Made by a program: the position numbers and the translations under genes. Positions 61,684-64,000 of a stretch of DNA of 64,000 bases are shown one piece after another (position 1 is the first letter of the stretch; each line of letters begins with the position of its first letter). The notes beneath the pieces were generated by a model. That model ran no database searches. It was not told where the DNA came from and worked only from the letters and a program-made list of their open reading frames with translations. Source of the stretch: Candidatus Eiseniibacteriota bacterium (GTDB lineage Bacteria > Eisenbacteria > RBG-16-71-46); assembly GCA_031370785.1 (NCBI GenBank), contig JANMQY010000114.1, positions 32,001 through 96,000 on the forward strand, in the 5' to 3' direction.

Positions 61684-62283
61684 CTAGAGACCGCCCTGCC
61701 TGCGCGCTACAACGACCCGCGCCGGGCGAAGCGCACGATCGCCGCGCCGGTATCCCTTGAGCGCCACCTGGACGACGTGGCCCGGCTCGACGCCCTCGGG
61801 CGGCTCGACCTCGAGCAGCGCCTCGTGGAAGTTGGGATCGAAGCGCTCGCTGACCGGATTGAGGACCGTCACGCCCTGACGCGCGAGATATTCGTTCAGG
61901 CGGTTCGCGACCAGCTGAACGCCCTGGACGTGGGCGTCTGGGGCCTTCGCCGCAAGCGAAGCCTCGATCGCGCGCTCGAGGTCGTCGAGCGCGGCGATGA
62001 TCTCGAGCATGACGCGCTCTTCCGAAGAGCGGCGAGTTTCCTCGAGGTCGCGCTGCGCCCGCCGGCGATAGTTCTGAAGCTCGGCCTCGGCGCGCAGCCA
62101 GCGGTCCTTGAACTCAGGCGACGTGGCGCCCGCGGATTCCGCCGCTTCGGGCTCTCCGATCGTCGCGCCTTCTCCCAGAGGAAGTTCGAGCGCGGCCTCG
62201 GTGGATTCTTCGGATCGGGCTGCGGGCGCCGGATCCTGGCGGCCGGGATGTTCGGAACTGCGTTTCACCACGTCAGTCTCCAT
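61684..62283 (-). CDS. grpE: Nucleotide exchange factor GrpE
   Basis: LRAEAELQNYRRR, DDLERA, FDPNFHEA, KGY...LRPARVVV; start about 62283. Confidence 0.93.
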   Translation of the reverse strand: METDVVKRSSEHPGRQDPAPAARSEESTEAALELPLGEGATIGEPEAAESAGATSPEFKDRWLRAEAELQNYRRRAQRDLEETRRSSEERVMLEIIAALDDLERAIEASLAAKAPDAHVQGVQLVANRLNEYLARQGVTVLNPVSERFDPNFHEALLEVEPPEGVEPGHVVQVALKGYRRGDRALRPARVVVARRQGGL

Positions 62284-62317
62284 GAATGAAGTTTGCGCTG
62301 ATCTCCAGGCGGTGAAC

Positions 62318-63364
62318 TCAGGACTGAAGGATGTCGGCCACGCGGCTGCCCACCGCATCCACCACCGCGAGCGCCCGGGCGTAGTCCATGCGTCGCGGGC
62401 CCAGCACGCCGACCGCGCCCCGCACCGCGCCCGGCAGCGGATAGCTGACCAGGCTCAGGCCCGACAGCGCACGCGACTCATCGACGTCGACGCGCACCGC
62501 GACCTGACCCTCGACGCCGGTCGCCATCAGGCGATTGATCGGCTGGCCGGTTTCGACCACCTGCAGCACGGAGCCGAGCCGGCCGTGGCCGGTGAACTCG
62601 GGCTGTCGCGCCATGTGCACGACGCCTGCGCTGAACAGCGGCGTCGAGGCGGGCTGGCTCCAGCTCGCCGCGGCCGCGCGAACCACGAGACGCACCGCAC
62701 TGCCGCGTACCAGCTCGGGATCGTGAGCCAGCCGATCGCGCACCTCGGCGAGCGAGCGACCGACCAGCCGTTCGCGCAGCACCGAGCACACCTCGGCGAG
62801 CGCGCCGCGCTCGAGCGGAGTCTCGAGCTCGAGCACCAGCGTTCGCACCGAGCCCGGTCCGAGATCCAGCACCATCACTGCGCGGCGCTCATCCAGCGCC
62901 TCGAGGTCGATGCCGCTCAGGCGCTCCTCTTCGAGCGCATCCGCATGTGCCAGGCCCAGCTGATGGGTGAAGGTCGAGAGCAGGCGGGACGCCTCGTGCA
63001 GCAGCACCTCGACGTCGCGCGCCGAGCGCACCAGGGTGCGGTCGATCTCTTCGATCAGCTCGCGGCCGAGGGCCGCGGGAGCCAGCAGCGTCCGGACGAA
63101 ATAGCCGTAGCCCGCGCCACTCGGCACCCGTCCGGCCGCGGCGTGGGCGCGCTCGAGCAGCCCGAGGCCCTCGAGCTCGGCCAGCTCGCCGCGGATGCTG
63201 GCGGCGGAAAGCGGGATGTCTCCTTCACGCGCGAGCGCCTCGGATCCGACCGGGCGCGCCGTGGCCGCATGCAGCTCGACCAGCGCCGCGAACACGCGAC
63301 GCTGGCGATCGCTGAGGTCCGGATCTTCCGGGGTCAGATGGCCGGGAAAGGCGGGCTGGGACAT
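62318..63364 (-). CDS. hrcA: Heat-inducible repressor HrcA
   Basis: LSDRQ, PVGS, SAASIR, AGRVPS, GVLGPRRMDY. Confidence 0.95.
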   Translation of the reverse strand: MSQPAFPGHLTPEDPDLSDRQRRVFAALVELHAATARPVGSEALAREGDIPLSAASIRGELAELEGLGLLERAHAAAGRVPSGAGYGYFVRTLLAPAALGRELIEEIDRTLVRSARDVEVLLHEASRLLSTFTHQLGLAHADALEEERLSGIDLEALDERRAVMVLDLGPGSVRTLVLELETPLERGALAEVCSVLRERLVGRSLAEVRDRLAHDPELVRGSAVRLVVRAAAASWSQPASTPLFSAGVVHMARQPEFTGHGRLGSVLQVVETGQPINRLMATGVEGQVAVRVDVDESRALSGLSLVSYPLPGAVRGAVGVLGPRRMDYARALAVVDAVGSRVADILQS

Positions 63365-63371
63365 GGCGAGG

Positions 63372-63401
63372 GAATTATGCGGTCCGCACGCGCGCTGTCA
63401 A
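63372..63401 (-). promoter_or_regulatory. Putative sigma70 promoter, leaderless-type, for hrcA, lying in the hemW 3' end
   Basis: TTGACA then CATAAT/TAATTC (spacer 16 or 18), 7-9 nt before the hrcA ATG; no SD. Confidence 0.55.
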
Positions 63402-64000
63402 CCCGGCGGCGGCGATCCGCGCCTCGATCCAGGCGATCACATCATCGGCCATGAAGCGCATCCGGGGCGGAACCCGGACACCTCCCGGCGTTCGCTCGAG
63501 GCGTCCGACCGCGCACGCGGCGTCAAAGGCTCCGGAATATTCGCGCTCGATCTCGGCGCGGCCGGTCGGGTCCAAGTCCGCGAAGCGCAAGCCGGTCCCC
63601 AGCCGCAGCGCCAGCATGACCGTCTCGGCGGTGCGCGACTCGGCAGTCTCCCTCTCGCGCTCGGCCTCTCCTCTTCCGCCACGCTCGAGCGAGTCCGCCC
63701 AGTGCGCGAGCGCGTACTGGTTGCCGTAGCGCTCGCCGTGGAGGAGACCGTGGGCGGATGGGCCGAGCCCGACGTAGGGCCGGCGCAGCCAGTACACCAG
63801 ATTGTGCCGGGCCTCCGCGCCCAGCCGGCAGAAGTTCGAGGTCTCGTAGGCGCCGAGCCCGGTGCGCGCGGCGCGCTCGGTGAGCCATTCATAGAGGTCG
63901 GCCTGCACCTCGGGCTCGGGCAGCTGCGCCCGGCCGGCCAGCGCGGCGTCGCCGAGCCGAGTGCCCGGCTCCGGGATGAAGCAGTACGCGGAGAGATGCT
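63375..64000 (-). CDS. hemW: HemN/HemW-family radical SAM protein, C-terminal part (5' end outside the window)
   Basis: HLSAYCFIPEPGT, YETSNF, HNLVYW, YVGLGPSAH; upstream of hrcA as is common. Confidence 0.9.
   Translation of the reverse strand, partial: HLSAYCFIPEPGTRLGDAALAGRAQLPEPEVQADLYEWLTERAARTGLGAYETSNFCRLGAEARHNLVYWLRRPYVGLGPSAHGLLHGERYGNQYALAHWADSLERGGRGEAERERETAESRTAETVMLALRLGTGLRFADLDPTGRAEIEREYSGAFDAACAVGRLERTPGGVRVPPRMRFMADDVIAWIEARIAAAGLTARVRTA

Overview
A very GC-rich (roughly 70% by eye) bacterial chromosomal segment. It holds about 55 tightly packed protein genes, two tRNAs and the RNase P RNA, all on the minus strand. Reading in transcription order from the right end: hemW (partial)-hrcA-grpE-dnaJ-rsmE; rpsU-cvpA-mutS2-dnaG-rpoD; tRNA-Ile2(CAT)-tRNA-Val(CAC); C4 zinc-ribbon gene-membrane patatin-rnhA-rnpB; recJ-rel-dtd-maf; rplM-rpsI-rpsB-tsf-pyrH-frr-uppS-cdsA-dxr; a 7-gene LPS core/ligase cassette; rseP-tamA-tamB and a metallopeptidase/PD40/Omp85 gene; pcrA-gatCAB; purD-purE-tsaC-LMW phosphatase-ilvE-rpiB-glyA; a sigma54-type orphan gene; and a MoxR/Bat operon that runs off the left end. 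The gene content indicates an LPS-producing diderm, probably an FCB-related candidate lineage such as Ca. Eisenbacteria (inference, not verified). I see no mobile elements, CRISPR arrays or defence island, so most of the window is housekeeping. The most interesting signals are four: clustered radical substitutions in RpoD region 3.0; an unexplained structured RNA plus terminator between tRNA-Val and the zinc-ribbon gene; a tandem repeat of stop/SD/start units between batA and batB; and a sigma54-driven orphan gene. Many ORF-track starts were corrected by hand. The BatD/E CDS (1..1938) is missing from the track.
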